Shown here: in pieces, positions 36,995 through 48,981 of the stretch
Position numbering within the stretch: the first letter of the stretch is position 1
Layout: every line of letters starts with the position of its first letter
Source: Naegleria gruberi
Lineage: Eukaryota
Length of the DNA: 64,000 nucleotides
NCBI GenBank assembly: GCA_000004985.1
Contig: GG738898.1
Strand: one strand, 5' to 3'
Translations under genes and position numbers: made by a program
Notes under the pieces: generated by a model
Seen by the model: only the letters and a program-made list of their open reading frames with translations
What the model was told of the DNA's origin: nothing
Database searches by the model: none

Positions 36995-37195
36995 ATGATA
37001 GATGTGATCATCTTTTCAGGGTCTCATGGAATTGTTTCTTCCAGTCAACAAGCGGGATGATCAGGTTTGGCTGGGGTTGCTATAAACATAGATCCTTACC
37101 GTTCTCCAGTCGGGGAAGAACAGCAATGGGCATGAATCCTAGTTGTGTGGGTATTAACCAGATGATGAATTCAACCTTTTCGGAGGCATCTTATT
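36995..37195 (+). ncRNA. Candidate non-coding RNA: about 180-bp GC-rich (about 48% GC) island in 25%-GC intergenic DNA, no ORF, ends in TTTT
   Basis: GGGTCTCATGGAATTG…CCAGTCGGGGAAGAACAGCAATGGGCATGAATCC…CCAGATGATGAATTCAACCTTTTCGG. It contains RUGAUGA-like box-C motifs. A TATA-like AT stretch lies upstream. I could not match it to a known RNA class. Confidence 0.25.
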
Positions 37196-37947
37196 AAAAA
37201 TGAAGGAAATTGTTGTGGTTTGAATATTTTTTAATAATAATTGAAGTAATTTGGTATTTTGGAATATGATGAAGAACAAGTAAGAAAGATGAAGATAGGT
37301 TATTCGAGTAGTGGTTGTTTTTTTGTTTATTGTGGAAGTTAATCCAGATTGATGGTTGAATGGAAATCTAACCGTTACACAAAATTTAAATTAAATTTTA
37401 ATAAAATCAGAATTAATAAATTATTAGAATTAGAAAAAAATTCCTCTCCACACCTTCATCATGCCATCATAAATATTTTAGAAGACAATTTATGCCAATC
37501 AATTTTCACACTCACAGATGTGCCGATACCTCAATAAGCTCTCCATAGTTTCTTTTGGGACTGTAGTTTACAAACTTCAAAGACCTTTAAAAGAAGTGAT
37601 GATACTTCATCACCGAAGCTTCTCTTTCAACACACCTTTGCTTGATACCATTTAACTCACAAATAATCACAATAAGTTGAATCAACTTGTCATGTAATAG
37701 ATAACGAACAACACTATTAACAGCTCATGTTCATCATTCATTATCCATGTTCACAACATATTAAATTCATGCCAAATATTTTAACCATTTTCTTCTCAAA
37801 AAGTCTAAATAAGTCCATCAAATGTGCATGGTCTATTCCGAGAGCTAAGAAATTTAAAATAAAAAATCAAAAAAAAACATCTTTTTCATACAACACACTC
37901 ACAACAATCAAAGCTGTTGAATTAAAAAAGATATTACTAAATTATTA

Positions 37948-40450
37948 TTGAAAATGAGTCAACCACCTTCCGAACCAACTCAACCAGTATCATCATCACA
38001 GTATGTAGAAAGTCTACCAATTCCAGAGGAATCATCACCAAGATTTAGATCAAATTCAAGGTCTCGAGATGGACCACTCTCTCCTACCTTCCAAAAGATG
38101 CCAGCCGATGTTTGGGATTTATCCTCTGAACACCATTCGAAAAAAGCTTCTCTTCCAAAATCACCATCAAGCTTATTAAAGGGATCTAACTGCAATTTGC
38201 AACAAATTGGAAAAACCAACTCATCATCTCAAGTTACACATCATTCAAAGACAAAATTAACTTTGGACATTATTCGTAAATTGCCAAAAGCTGAATTGCA
38301 CAGACACTTGGATGGTTCTGTTCGTGTTGAAACCATCATTGAACTTGCCAAGGAACAAGGTGTCGATTTGCCATCATTTGATGTTGAAGAATTGAGAAAA
38401 CTTGTCTCTGTTACAAATGATTGCACTTCACTTGTTGAATATTTACGTGGCTTTGATATTTCCCTCTCTGTCATGCAAAAGAGATACAGTATCACACGTA
38501 TCATGTACGAAGTTTGTGAAGATGCTGGAANNNNNNNNNNNNNNNNNNNNNNNNNNNNNNNNNNNNNNNNNNNNNNNNNNAGGTATGAGACAAATGGATA
38601 GCAAGATTACCTTGCAACTTGCAGAAATTGCTTGGCGTTACAGAGACCGTGGTGTCTGTGCCTTTGACTTGGCTGGGCCAGAAAATGGCTTCTCCTCAAA
38701 GAACCATGCTTCTGCATTTGAATTAGTTCATCGTAAAATGTTGAACTGCACTCTTCACTCTGGTGAAGCCAGTGGTTGGGAATCTATTCAAGATTCAATT
38801 CGTTATTGTGGTGCTAATCGTATTGGTCACGGAACTCACTTGAAGGAAAATCCAGACCTCACTCAATATGTTGCCAATCACAGAATTCCAATCGAAATTT
38901 GTATCACCAGTAACTTGCAAACTAAGGCCATTCAAAAATTCGAAGAACATCCAGTTCGTGAATTCTTTGATTATGGTATTGTACTTGTTCCATGTACTGA
39001 TAATACTACTGTTAGTAATGTAACACTCTCTGAAGAATACTTGTTAATTCAAAACCAATTCGGATTTGATGTTAAGGAAATTGTCAAACTCATTGATTAT
39101 GGTTTCCGTTCTGCATTCTTGGACTTGTCTATTAAGAACAGACTCCGTGCTGATGCTCTCCATACCATTCAAGAAATCCTCTCCAGTGAAGGATACGACT
39201 TGACAAGTAGTTTCTCTGCCAAGTCTGCTGTTGATTTGGGCTTTGATTTCAACAATAGAGCTGAAATTCTCCCAGTTGACTATGATCTCTACAAGAATGA
39301 AACCATCAGACAATTCATCAATTCCATTCCAAAGGCTGATGTTAACTGTCGTTTCAATGGTTCAGTTTCTGTTGATACTTTGTGGACAAACTTGTCACAC
39401 GATGAATACTCTACCGATTTCCTCAATTTGGAATTGGAATTATTAGGATTGGGAAGAATTCACTCCAAGAATGAATTGGAATGTCTTATTAGACCACCTG
39501 GAGCCAAGCATGACAAGTCAACAATTGCTCGTGCCATTCAAGTCATGTCCTTGTTCTTACAAACTAAGAGTCAAATTATTCATGGTTGTGAAGATATTTT
39601 AGAAAAGGCTGCTGCTGAGCATGTCTTTTATCTTGAATTACAAGTGAGACCAACTATGCACACCAAGAGAGGTCTCAGTGCTCAAGAAGTTTTGGATGTC
39701 ATGGTTGTTACTATCAATGAATGCAGCAAGAGATATAATATTCAAGTTGGTCTCGTTGTTTATGGTGATTTTACTTCCGATGGTTTGGACCAATTGAAAG
39801 AACTTTCCCTCCTCACCATTAGAAATAAGAAGAATTTGGTTGGTTTTGGTTTCTTTGGATACAATGATGAAAAGGGTGCTATCCTCCCTGAATTAATCCC
39901 AGTTTTCAACATGTTGAAGAATCATCAAATTAACGTTTGCTGTTCTGCTGGTTTCTATAATCCTCTCAGTGTCATTCCTGCTATCCATGATGTTGGTGCT
40001 TCTAGATTGAGTGGTTGTTTCTCCATCCACTCTTCTCCATCTGTCATGAGCTACTTGTGTGACAATGGTGTTCCTATTGAAATTTCCATGACTGATACTT
40101 TGAAGAATCTCACAAAGGAAGTTAATGAATTTGCTGGATCTGCTGTCAGATTATTCTTGGATAGAGGTATCAAGGTTGCTCCATGTTCACTCGATTTGAC
40201 CTTGTACGATATGAATCGTTCTGAAAATATCTACTTGATGTCTAAGGAATGCAATTTGAGTTTGAACGAAGTTGTTCAACTCATGTTAATTGGTTTCCGT
40301 ATCTGTTTCCAAAACTATTGGACTCGTAAGGAAATGTTCATTGGTGCCTATCACACAATGTTGAAATTGGTTGATAATTTGAAACTCACATTTGACACTG
40401 ATTCATTCTCCCTCTTCTGTTCCTCATACAATCCAGCGGAAAAGGATTGA
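37948..40450 (+). CDS. Adenosine/AMP-deaminase-family protein with two tandem ADA-fold domains (first intact, second degenerate); spans a 50-N gap
   Basis: Domain 1 has LPKAELHRHLDGS (HxH), HSGEA, RIGHG and VPCTDNT. Domain 2 has NCRFNGSVSVD, CCSAGF and SMTDT at the equivalent positions. ORFs 37948..38601 and 38402..40450 join across the N gap. Confidence 0.8.
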
Positions 40451-40506
40451 TTCTAAATTAACTTTAAATTATAAATATTTATTGTAAAAAATATTAACAC
40501 ATCATC

Positions 40507-41537
40507 ATGGTGTCACTTCTTCTCAGTATTAAACTGAACAGTTATCTGTTAGGAATGCTTTCTCTCTTATACTATCTACTCTATTACTTTGGATCGAGAA
40601 AACCACAAATTCCGAATCAAAATCTTCTCGGAAAGAACAAACAACAAGCAAAGAATCTTCTCCAACAACACAAATTGGACAGCCATCACCAACAATGGAT
40701 CCACTCACTGCTCAAATTCAATTCACAAAACGACCAATTCTCTACATGTCTCGTTTGGGAAAGGTTTTATTGTCTAACAAGTGGTTCCGAGTTGTGTGTG
40801 GAATTTTACTTTTGGCTGGTTGTGATGTTTTGGCTTGGATGATGACAGTTTCATGCTTGGTGGTGACTGGATTTGTGCTGTATGGAGTTTCCATGTTCAG
40901 AAAGAGAAAGGAATGTAGTATTGCGCATGGCAAAGACGAGCAAGATATTGAATGGTTGAATGAAACTCTTGGTGGCGATATTTCATTGGTGGATGATGCA
41001 CTTGGTCAAGTAATTGAGAGTTGTAAGAGTGAAAAGAAGAGTTTGATTATTGTGGGAGTTGGATTGGGAGCTGTTTTGAAGAGATTGGAAAAATTAAATC
41101 ACTTGATGGAACAATTCGAAAATGTGAAAGTTTTGGAACCAAATGAAACAATTATTAGAAAATGCAAGGAAATAGCAACAAGTAGTAAGATTGAATTTTT
41201 GAGCTGTGAATATTTGGATATTTCCAAATGTTCAGCCGATATTGTCATGTTACAAATGGAATATTTGAAGCATTTAGACAACAAGTCAATTGCTCAATTA
41301 ATTCAGAATTGCAGAAATATTGCAAAGGTTGGATTGATTATTGGTGATTTACAAAGATCAAATTTTATTGGCATGCTTACATTGATCAATGTTGGTTCCT
41401 GTATTTCTACTCATGATTTATTAACTTTGAGTGAGTGGAATAACTTTTTGAATCGCCAAGTTAAAGTGGAAACAAATCAAATCTCGAGTGTTTGGACATT
41501 CGGAAGAACTACCTTGATGGTGAGTGGAAATATTTAA
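40507..41537 (+). CDS. Hypothetical membrane protein with Rossmann-like (possible class I methyltransferase) C-terminal region
   Basis: Two overlapping ORFs. A TM segment (VVCGILLLAGCDVLAWMMTVSCLVVTGFVLYGV) is followed by LIIVGVGLGAVL…DIVML…VGLIIGDL. The match is weak. Confidence 0.3.
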
Positions 41538-42532
41538 CAGCACTTTGAATCTTCAGTCAAGAGGCAAGTCTTCTTCACATAGTGATAGAGTATTTGAGAT
41601 TCTTCGTATCTGTATGATTTCCACGATTCTACTAACTGAGTGATCCATTCCTTGATTAATAATTGTTCAGATTCAGTTAGTGAATTGTCTTGAATGAAAG
41701 ATTCAAAGAAGCTCTGATTTTCCAAGTATTTAATTGGACAATCTCTTAGTGAAATCCATTCTTCTATCATATTCTCTTTCATAGCTTGGTTCAATTGAGC
41801 AGAGAGTTTGCTCTTTAGAGATTCCACCAACTTTCCAAAATTCATACCGATTGGAATAATTCGATTTGTCAATTGGCAATGCCTTTCCAGCGATAATTCA
41901 AAAACTCTTTCCATAGAATCTAATGAATCCACAAATAAATCCTCCAAACCTTCGCACACTACATCATCCAACAATACTACAGCTCGATAGGCAAACCAAT
42001 TTCCAATCTCTGGATGAAAACTCAAATACGAAATTCCATTCTCATAAAAAGCAAAACCAGAAACCTGGCCAGCTACTTGAATGGCGACTCTCGGATAATT
42101 TCCAATAAATTCATGGCTGTAAAATGTTGAAGTTGGTTGTTTTTCATCACAACTTTCCATTACTTTTTTCACACAATCCATCGTATAGGAATCGAGTGGA
42201 TTCTTCTGCTGTAAATTTCCATTCTTATCAATCAAATGATTCTCCACAAGATGACCCTTGAATTTAGGCCATAAATTCTTTGTATTTCCAATCAAAATGG
42301 CTACACAATCATCATCGGAATTTGAATTTTTCTTTAATTTTTCATACGGTTTCAACAATGTTTCTGGAGTTTTCTGTTGTGATTTATAATATTGATTGTA
42401 TCTGGAGAGTGGAAATGGTTGGAAAATATCAAAACCACACTCGGCAAGTTTAGCTTTGGCTTGTGTTAAAAAATTACGAGCTTGACATGCTTTCATTTTT
42501 TTAATTTGGGTTTTGTTGTAATCCAAACTCAT
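41534..42532 (-). CDS. MMACHC: MMACHC-like protein (cblC; cyanocobalamin reductase / alkylcobalamin dealkylase family)
   Basis: 332 aa. CGFDIFQPFPLSRYN and GISYLSFHPEIGNWFAYRAVVLLD match the MMACHC signature regions ([38 protein letters not shown]). Confidence 0.65.
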   Translation of the reverse strand: MSLDYNKTQIKKMKACQARNFLTQAKAKLAECGFDIFQPFPLSRYNQYYKSQQKTPETLLKPYEKLKKNSNSDDDCVAILIGNTKNLWPKFKGHLVENHLIDKNGNLQQKNPLDSYTMDCVKKVMESCDEKQPTSTFYSHEFIGNYPRVAIQVAGQVSGFAFYENGISYLSFHPEIGNWFAYRAVVLLDDVVCEGLEDLFVDSLDSMERVFELSLERHCQLTNRIIPIGMNFGKLVESLKSKLSAQLNQAMKENMIEEWISLRDCPIKYLENQSFFESFIQDNSLTESEQLLIKEWITQLVESWKSYRYEESQILYHYVKKTCLLTEDSKCC

Positions 42533-43617
42533 TCCAGGAATGAAAACACAACTTCCAATACCTCACCTGGCAAATCACCAATTAATGGAGCATGTCTATT
42601 GGCAATCAGTAGCAGGAGATTAATCATTGCTCTCTTCTCCTTTGAGAAATGTTGATGCAATTCTCGCATCCAGTAAACACCTTTAAAAACTGGATATTGA
42701 TTCGAATCAAAACCAGATTCATTCGAGGTGAATTTGGCTCTATCATTGCTCACTGATAAGATCTTCTTACTGGATCTTCTTGAAGGACAGTTCGCTTTTA
42801 TATCCAAATTCTCAGAAGAAATTCCAAAATTCTTCACTCTATCATTATCCCACTTCAGGTATGGCAAATAAATCAATGCATGATTATTGAAAATATGGTA
42901 TAATTCTGGATCAAAAAAGAATTGACTATCAGTTTGCCCCTTTCCCTGTAAAAGCAATAGATTTTTTCTGGAACACATTTCTACATGATTATCAGAAAGA
43001 GCTACATTCCAAACTGACATTTGGCTCATAAATCCTTCATAATAGCCACTACCTGGGTGGCCTATCATAGAATATCCAATACAGAGCTTATTTTGCAGAG
43101 GTGGATCCAACATCTTCAAATCACTCAAATGCACCACGTCCAATTCTCCATTAATATAAAATCTCATTTCTCCCTTCTTAAAAGTCACACAACAATGATT
43201 CCACTCCCCAATTCTAACACTCCTTCGACTGCTCACACAATTGACCCCCACAGCAACATCATCCCTTCTCGAACCAAGAAACCTCACCTTATCCATATGC
43301 AAATCAAAACCAAAGCCTGCAAAATTCTCTCCAGCCACAGAAGAATCAAAAATTCTAATATCTCCATGTTTTGTAGGATGAACCCAAGCCATCATGGTCA
43401 ACTCATCAAAAGGCTGGATCATCATCTCGGAGGGAACTTTCATTTCATAATACAAATTAACCTCAGAACTAAACTCGAACACACTATTAATTCCCGAGTG
43501 ATTCATATCATGTAAATCTTCATCATCTTGTTGTCTGGTGCTGTCGTTGTAGAGGGCTCCTACAAACAAGGCTCTTACAAAGTTTGAGTTGGAAACTTGA
43601 TGGGCTCGTCGACTCAT
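42529..43617 (-). CDS. Concanavalin A-like / laminin-G (pentraxin-like) domain protein with C-terminal F-box-like peptide
   Basis: 362 aa. WNHCCVTFKKGEMRFYINGELD…MSVWNVALS fits the LamG/pentraxin pattern. The C-terminal LIGDLPGEVLEVVFSFLE resembles an F-box start. Its TGA stop overlaps the ATG of the MMACHC ORF (ATGA). Confidence 0.45.
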   Translation of the reverse strand: MSRRAHQVSNSNFVRALFVGALYNDSTRQQDDEDLHDMNHSGINSVFEFSSEVNLYYEMKVPSEMMIQPFDELTMMAWVHPTKHGDIRIFDSSVAGENFAGFGFDLHMDKVRFLGSRRDDVAVGVNCVSSRRSVRIGEWNHCCVTFKKGEMRFYINGELDVVHLSDLKMLDPPLQNKLCIGYSMIGHPGSGYYEGFMSQMSVWNVALSDNHVEMCSRKNLLLLQGKGQTDSQFFFDPELYHIFNNHALIYLPYLKWDNDRVKNFGISSENLDIKANCPSRRSSKKILSVSNDRAKFTSNESGFDSNQYPVFKGVYWMRELHQHFSKEKRAMINLLLLIANRHAPLIGDLPGEVLEVVFSFLE

Positions 43618-43761
43618 TTTTTTTATCTCTTAATTTCTCTTGATTTGGAAAGTTTACAATGAACTTTGAAATTGGTTGAGAGGTCAGTAGAGAGATTTGA
43701 ATCAAATTATTTTAAAATTTGTTCATAATCGATTGAATCGTTTAATGATATATTAAATATT

Positions 43762-44663
43762 TTACAATTTCTTTTCAATTCTAAAAGAGGAAATTAATTG
43801 AGTGACCTCTTCATTATTATAAGATTTGAATTGACCACTCCATTCCATTGGGAAACGATCCACCAAGCATGCAAGAATTTCACCAATCTTTTCAGGACTT
43901 TCCAATTCCTTATTTTCATGCAAGTTGACGAAATTTTTGTAATCCTTCATTGATTCCACATTTCCTACTGTTCTAATTTGTTCTTGCATTTGAGTATCGA
44001 CAACTCCTGGTCTGATACTCAATATTCCGACTGGTTTCTCTTGTTTTCTCTCCTCCAAATCGAGACACATTCCAAAATGATTGAGAGCTGCCTTTGAAGT
44101 GCAGTAAGCTGACCATCCATCGATAGCTCTTGTGGCTGCTCCACTGCTTACTAAGAGGATTCTTCCACCATCTGGCGATTTTCTCAATTCTGGAAGACAG
44201 TAATGACACAATTGCATGACACTGATCAGATTGACTTGAAAAACTTGATTCAAATCAGTAGCTTGTTCATGATTCCATTGAGAAATATTCTGAATAGGTC
44301 CAATCACTCCTGCATTGCACACCAATCGATCCACTCTCTTAAAATTCCTCATTGCAAAATTAAATATTTCCAAAGATGGATCTTTACACTATTATCATGT
44401 GATGAAACTTTTTCCACAATTTTATCACTCTCCCGATCAATGAATAATTCAACGGTAGAAGAACAGGTAGGTTGTGATAAATCCACACAGATGGCTGCTG
44501 CTTCACCTCCGAGTTGGTGAATATCCTTCAGAGAATTTTCTAATTTTTCTTTGTTGGATCCTGTTATGACAACTGTGTGTCCATGCAAACAGGAGAGTGA
44601 CTTGGCAATGTGCAATCCGATTCCTCTCGATGAGCCAGTTACAATGGAAACTAGTTTTTGCAT
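43762..44663 (-). CDS. Short-chain dehydrogenase/reductase (sepiapterin/benzil-reductase-like), frame break near 44360
   Basis: IVTGSSRGIGLHIA (TGxxxGIG), NAGVIGP and YCTSKAALNH (YxxxK). It is split into 44349..44663 and 43762..44373. Confidence 0.75.
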
Positions 44664-44744
44664 TTTTTCTTTTGCGAATTTGAAGATTAAAAATTAGATT
44701 TGTTTATTTGCCAGATTTATATTTTTAGTGTGAAAATACTAATA

Positions 44745-47532
44745 TTACAAAACAAAATTGAGAAGGACAATCAAGAAGGCACCAATAAGGAGTGAATAGA
44801 AATTCTTAGGTGCCTTGCTGAGGACCATTTCCAATTCTGTTTGTTGGATATTGAAAGTGCTTGAAATGACCATACTGAAATTTTGATCGCCGACATTGTT
44901 TTCATTTGCCATGACGTTTACAGTGCAAATGTCACTCTTAGTAGTAAAGTACACCTGTTCGACAGTATTAACCTTGTCCAACATTCCATTCCCTAAATAT
45001 TCTTCACCACCCGTACAATGAACAGAAAGATCCAAATCATTGATTAATTTGGTAACATTGGAAGTCATGTCTGATTGAGAAGCTCTATCATACCATGTAA
45101 GAGTAATCTTGATAGCATTCCTAGCTTCGAAAAGGAAGGTATAGGATTTCTTTTGTCCTGGTGAAATTGGTTGTCTATTCAAAACTCTGAGAGTATCTGG
45201 ATTGGAGAATTTCATAACAGTGTCCAAACTAACTGTACCATAACCATAAATAGGATTTGGAGAAGAATAACTTGAAATATCAATGGAAGGATCAGTGAGA
45301 GATGAATAGATGGCACCTTCAACTGGAAGTGCAGAGTGAATAAGGAAGGCCTTAATCAAAGTACCTGACACACTCAATGTTTCATTCTCTCCCAAAGTGT
45401 TATTCAAATTGAAATATCTCAAACGTTCATAATTATTAGCAGTGAGATATTCTCTAACAAGTGCAGCCGAACCCGACTAAATAACACCATGTGCCAAATT
45501 CAGTAAATACAATAACTTATTAAAGTAAAAAATAATAGAAATAACATACGACACCTGGTGTTGACATTGATGTTCCGCTCAATGCCACAAAGTCACAAGT
45601 TGATCCACTCTTTGCAGACATTATGAAATGACCTGGGGCCATAACATCTGGCTTGTTTCTTCCATCCATGGTTGGACCTTTTCCTGAGAAGAGAGGCATT
45701 CCCATACTGAAAGTTGAATACTTGCTTTCACATTTGGAGGCACTCATTGAGGTAGAATTACAATAGGATGTGTAATAGTTGTGAACTGCTCCGACAGAGA
45801 GTAAATTCTTGGCTGTTGCTGGAGCTGAAATACTTTCTAAAAGTGAAATATTGCCACTGTTACCTGAAGCTTGGACAATAATCATGTCATCGTGGTCATA
45901 GAGGAATTGATCCATCAAACTTGCTTGGTCACTGTAGCCAAGACATTGTTGGTGACATTTCACACCCTTCTCTGCCATGCATTCAGTGTCATTGACTATG
46001 GCTCCTCTTTGTCCATTCTGTTTCAATCGGTAACAAACTCTGTTATAGTCGCAAGAGTAACTTGAAGGTTTGCATCCCCAAGAGTTGGAGTGAATTCTAG
46101 AGCCAGCCAAATTGTAAGCTCTATTTAACATTCCTTGTAAATCATAGTTTGATGCCACAGAACCATCAGCACTTGAAGAGAAATCAATCACATAGAGTTT
46201 TGCATTCTTGGCCACACCATTTCTTTTCGACATTGAACTGGAAGGATATCTAGATGACAAATCACCAGCAATAATACCAGCAACGTGTGAGCCGTGTCCA
46301 TTGGTATCAATCATGTCCATTCCTTCAATACCAACAACCTTTTTATGATTGAAATTAATGGATGTATAGTTGGTTGCATTCTTATCGTAGAATAAACAGT
46401 GCTCTACAGAAATTCCTGTATCAATATAGGAAACAATTTGATTCTTTCCTGTAATTCCGTTATCCCAAATGGTTGATCCTAATTCTTCAATTCTTCCTCC
46501 TTGAACAACATTGTTCATTCCCTCATCGAAGAGTTGAGTTTCAGTAGCTCTGGAAACATGGATAATTGACTCATCAGAGGAAAGTTGTTCATAGAGAGAT
46601 TGGGCTAATTGTACATTCAAATTCTCAAGCATTCTTCTATTTCTTGTTGGTTCAGACTCCACTTCAATGAATTGATTTGGGCTCAATGAAAATAACTTAT
46701 TTCTTGGGTGGAGGAGTTGAGTGAGTGAAAAATCAAACTTTCCGCTCAATTCCTTATTCATCCATTCAGTATTGGATTCAAAGGTTGATTCTAATCCTCT
46801 CACTCTGGACAATTCACTTTCAGACATACTCCTTACAGTGGTTCTCACTCGCTTGTTTACTTCTCCCTTTAACCAATTCGAAAGCTTTCTCTCTGAAAAT
46901 CCATGAGATGTTTCAATCAAGAGTGGAGCTCTACTCAATGATAAAACATCACTAATAGGAATTGAAATTCTATGAGAGGAAGGAACTCTCTTAATCCACT
47001 CAATATTCAATGATTTCATTCTTGATGAAGCCAAAGAGAGAATAACCTTCGGAGTTGCTAGTACCTTAAAGATTCTATTGTTTGTTCCGTATTGTGGTAC
47101 AAAGTTCTTGTCAAAGTTTGATGTTTTCTTCATCAAATCATTTTCCTTATTATCATCGTTGTTTTCAAAGGCAAGAGCTATTTGTTGGAGAAGTGAATCT
47201 TTCAAAAGGACTCCATCAGCAATTTTAATATAAGTCAATAAGTAATCATTCGGTCTATCAAAGAGCATTGCTTTGTATTGTTCAATATTAGAACTAATTG
47301 AAGTTGAAGCAACTTTCACTTGTATCTTTGTTTGATGATGAAAGGAGAGAAATAATTTGGCCAAACAAGGACCCACCGATTCAAATCTTGATATTTCTGT
47401 TGCATTTACATTCCCCAACAGACAGAACAACACAACGATCATCATCATTGCAACAATTAAAAAAGCAGAAGTAACACCTCTTCCGCTGTTGTTACTCGTC
47501 CTCATCCTCTTCTTCTTCTCTAATATCTCCAT
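44745..47532 (-). CDS. Subtilisin-like serine protease (peptidase S8) with signal/TM N-terminus, pro-region, and C-terminal domain ending in a TM anchor; two exons
   Basis: Exons are 45550..47532 (ATG at 47532) and 44745..45476, with a 73-nt GTATGT…TTTAG intron. The catalytic triad motifs are VSYIDTGI (Asp), TNGHGSHVAGIIAG (His) and ALSGTSMSTPGV (Ser). The C-terminal hydrophobic stretch is FYSLLIGAFLIVLLNFVL. Confidence 0.85.
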
Positions 47533-47735
47533 GAAATGTAATATATTATAATTTAATCACCACAGAATCGTATGTTGATTATATTTTAAGGAAATAAGGT
47601 TGCGATTCAGTTTGGGCGATTTTTTTCAAACTTTTGAATGGTTTAAGGCAAGAACCAAAAATACTTATTTAGCTACGAAAAATGTCAAAACCTTACTGAA
47701 TAACATGTATTGGAAAGCAATTTTCTATAATTTAT

Positions 47736-48933
47736 TTATTGCTTCTTTGCTTTTTGCTTCTTTTCTATAAGAGCAAATTCCCTTATCATTTGAGATGCCA
47801 TTTCATCAAAATGTGTTGGGTTGTGCTTCTTAACTTGGTCATCAGATGATAATTCTTTCATTACATTTGAAATTTTCGTTTCCACCTGTTCCCAGTCCTT
47901 ATTAAAGAGTTGAAGAACAGATTTTTTGTAAGTTTCCACAATTGCTTTTGCCAATTCATCCAAAAGAGCCTCATTACTAATCATATCTTTTCTCACTTCC
48001 ATTGGTATTTCTATTTGGAGAGCTGGCATTCCTAACATGACTGATTGATGACTTATTGTTGTCACTGTATTTTCACCCCAATATCCATGCAAGTGTGGTT
48101 CACTGTCAATGGTCAGTTTCATTCCAGAATAGGTCCTATTGCATGTTGAAACAGCAAGTTGAATATTATCACAAAGATCCTTCTTGAAATGTTGAAACCC
48201 TTTCAAATCTTTCCATAATACTTCCATTGGTTTAGTTCCAATATCGAGATTTCTGTCATTTTTTGCATTTGCCTTACCATGAAGGTCAACATGTAAGGTA
48301 GGAAATCCTGAATATTGATTCTTCATCTTGAGAAGGAATAAGTGGAATGGTGAACTCATAAATTGCTTTTCCACAAGATAATTAGGATCCAAATTACTCT
48401 TATCCTATCATTTGCAATACGATCAATGTCAATTAAAATTACAAAATACAAACCTTTGCTTTTGCAGTTTTAGGATTCCACATGATGAAACTTCCCTCAA
48501 TTCCCAAATATTTCTTCACATGCAAAGAAAGAAGCAGACAAATTTCATTGGTATATATTTCTTTAGCATGAACACTCTCTTCTTTCTTTGAAATTGCTCC
48601 TCCTCTATAAACTTGCAATCCGTGAGGTGCTGAAAACAATATCGGACCAGCCAAGTGATCAATATGATTTGAATATTCAGCATCACCCGAAGAAGAAGCA
48701 TCCAATTTAATACTATATAAATCATGTTCAGTAGATGTTACCTGTGCCTTTTTACTCGCCTTAGTAGATTTACTAGTATCATCACTCGTCTTCGGAACCT
48801 TAGTTGAATTCTTATTCTTCTTTGATGATTTGTTGGATGATGAATCATTTTCAATTTTAATATATAATGCGGTATTCTCTGTTATGTTGCTGCTCTTCAT
48901 GGCTTTTGAAGGTTTGCTTGAGCTGGTGCCCAT
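47736..48933 (-). CDS. Hypothetical protein with N-terminal MGxxxS (possible N-myristoylation), Ser/Lys-rich region and a C-terminal metal-hydrolase-like domain (possibly N-formylglutamate-amidohydrolase-like); two exons
   Basis: Exon 1 is about 48441..48933 (MGTSSSKPSK…). Exon 2 is 47736..about 48394. A 46-nt intron with GTTTGT…GATAG lies between them. The motifs LFSAPHG and FPTLHVDLHGK are suggestive only. Confidence 0.35.
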
Positions 48934-48981
48934 TTTTCTTCTTTCTTTTTAATGTTGTTAAGGAGAGCGAATGACTGTGGG

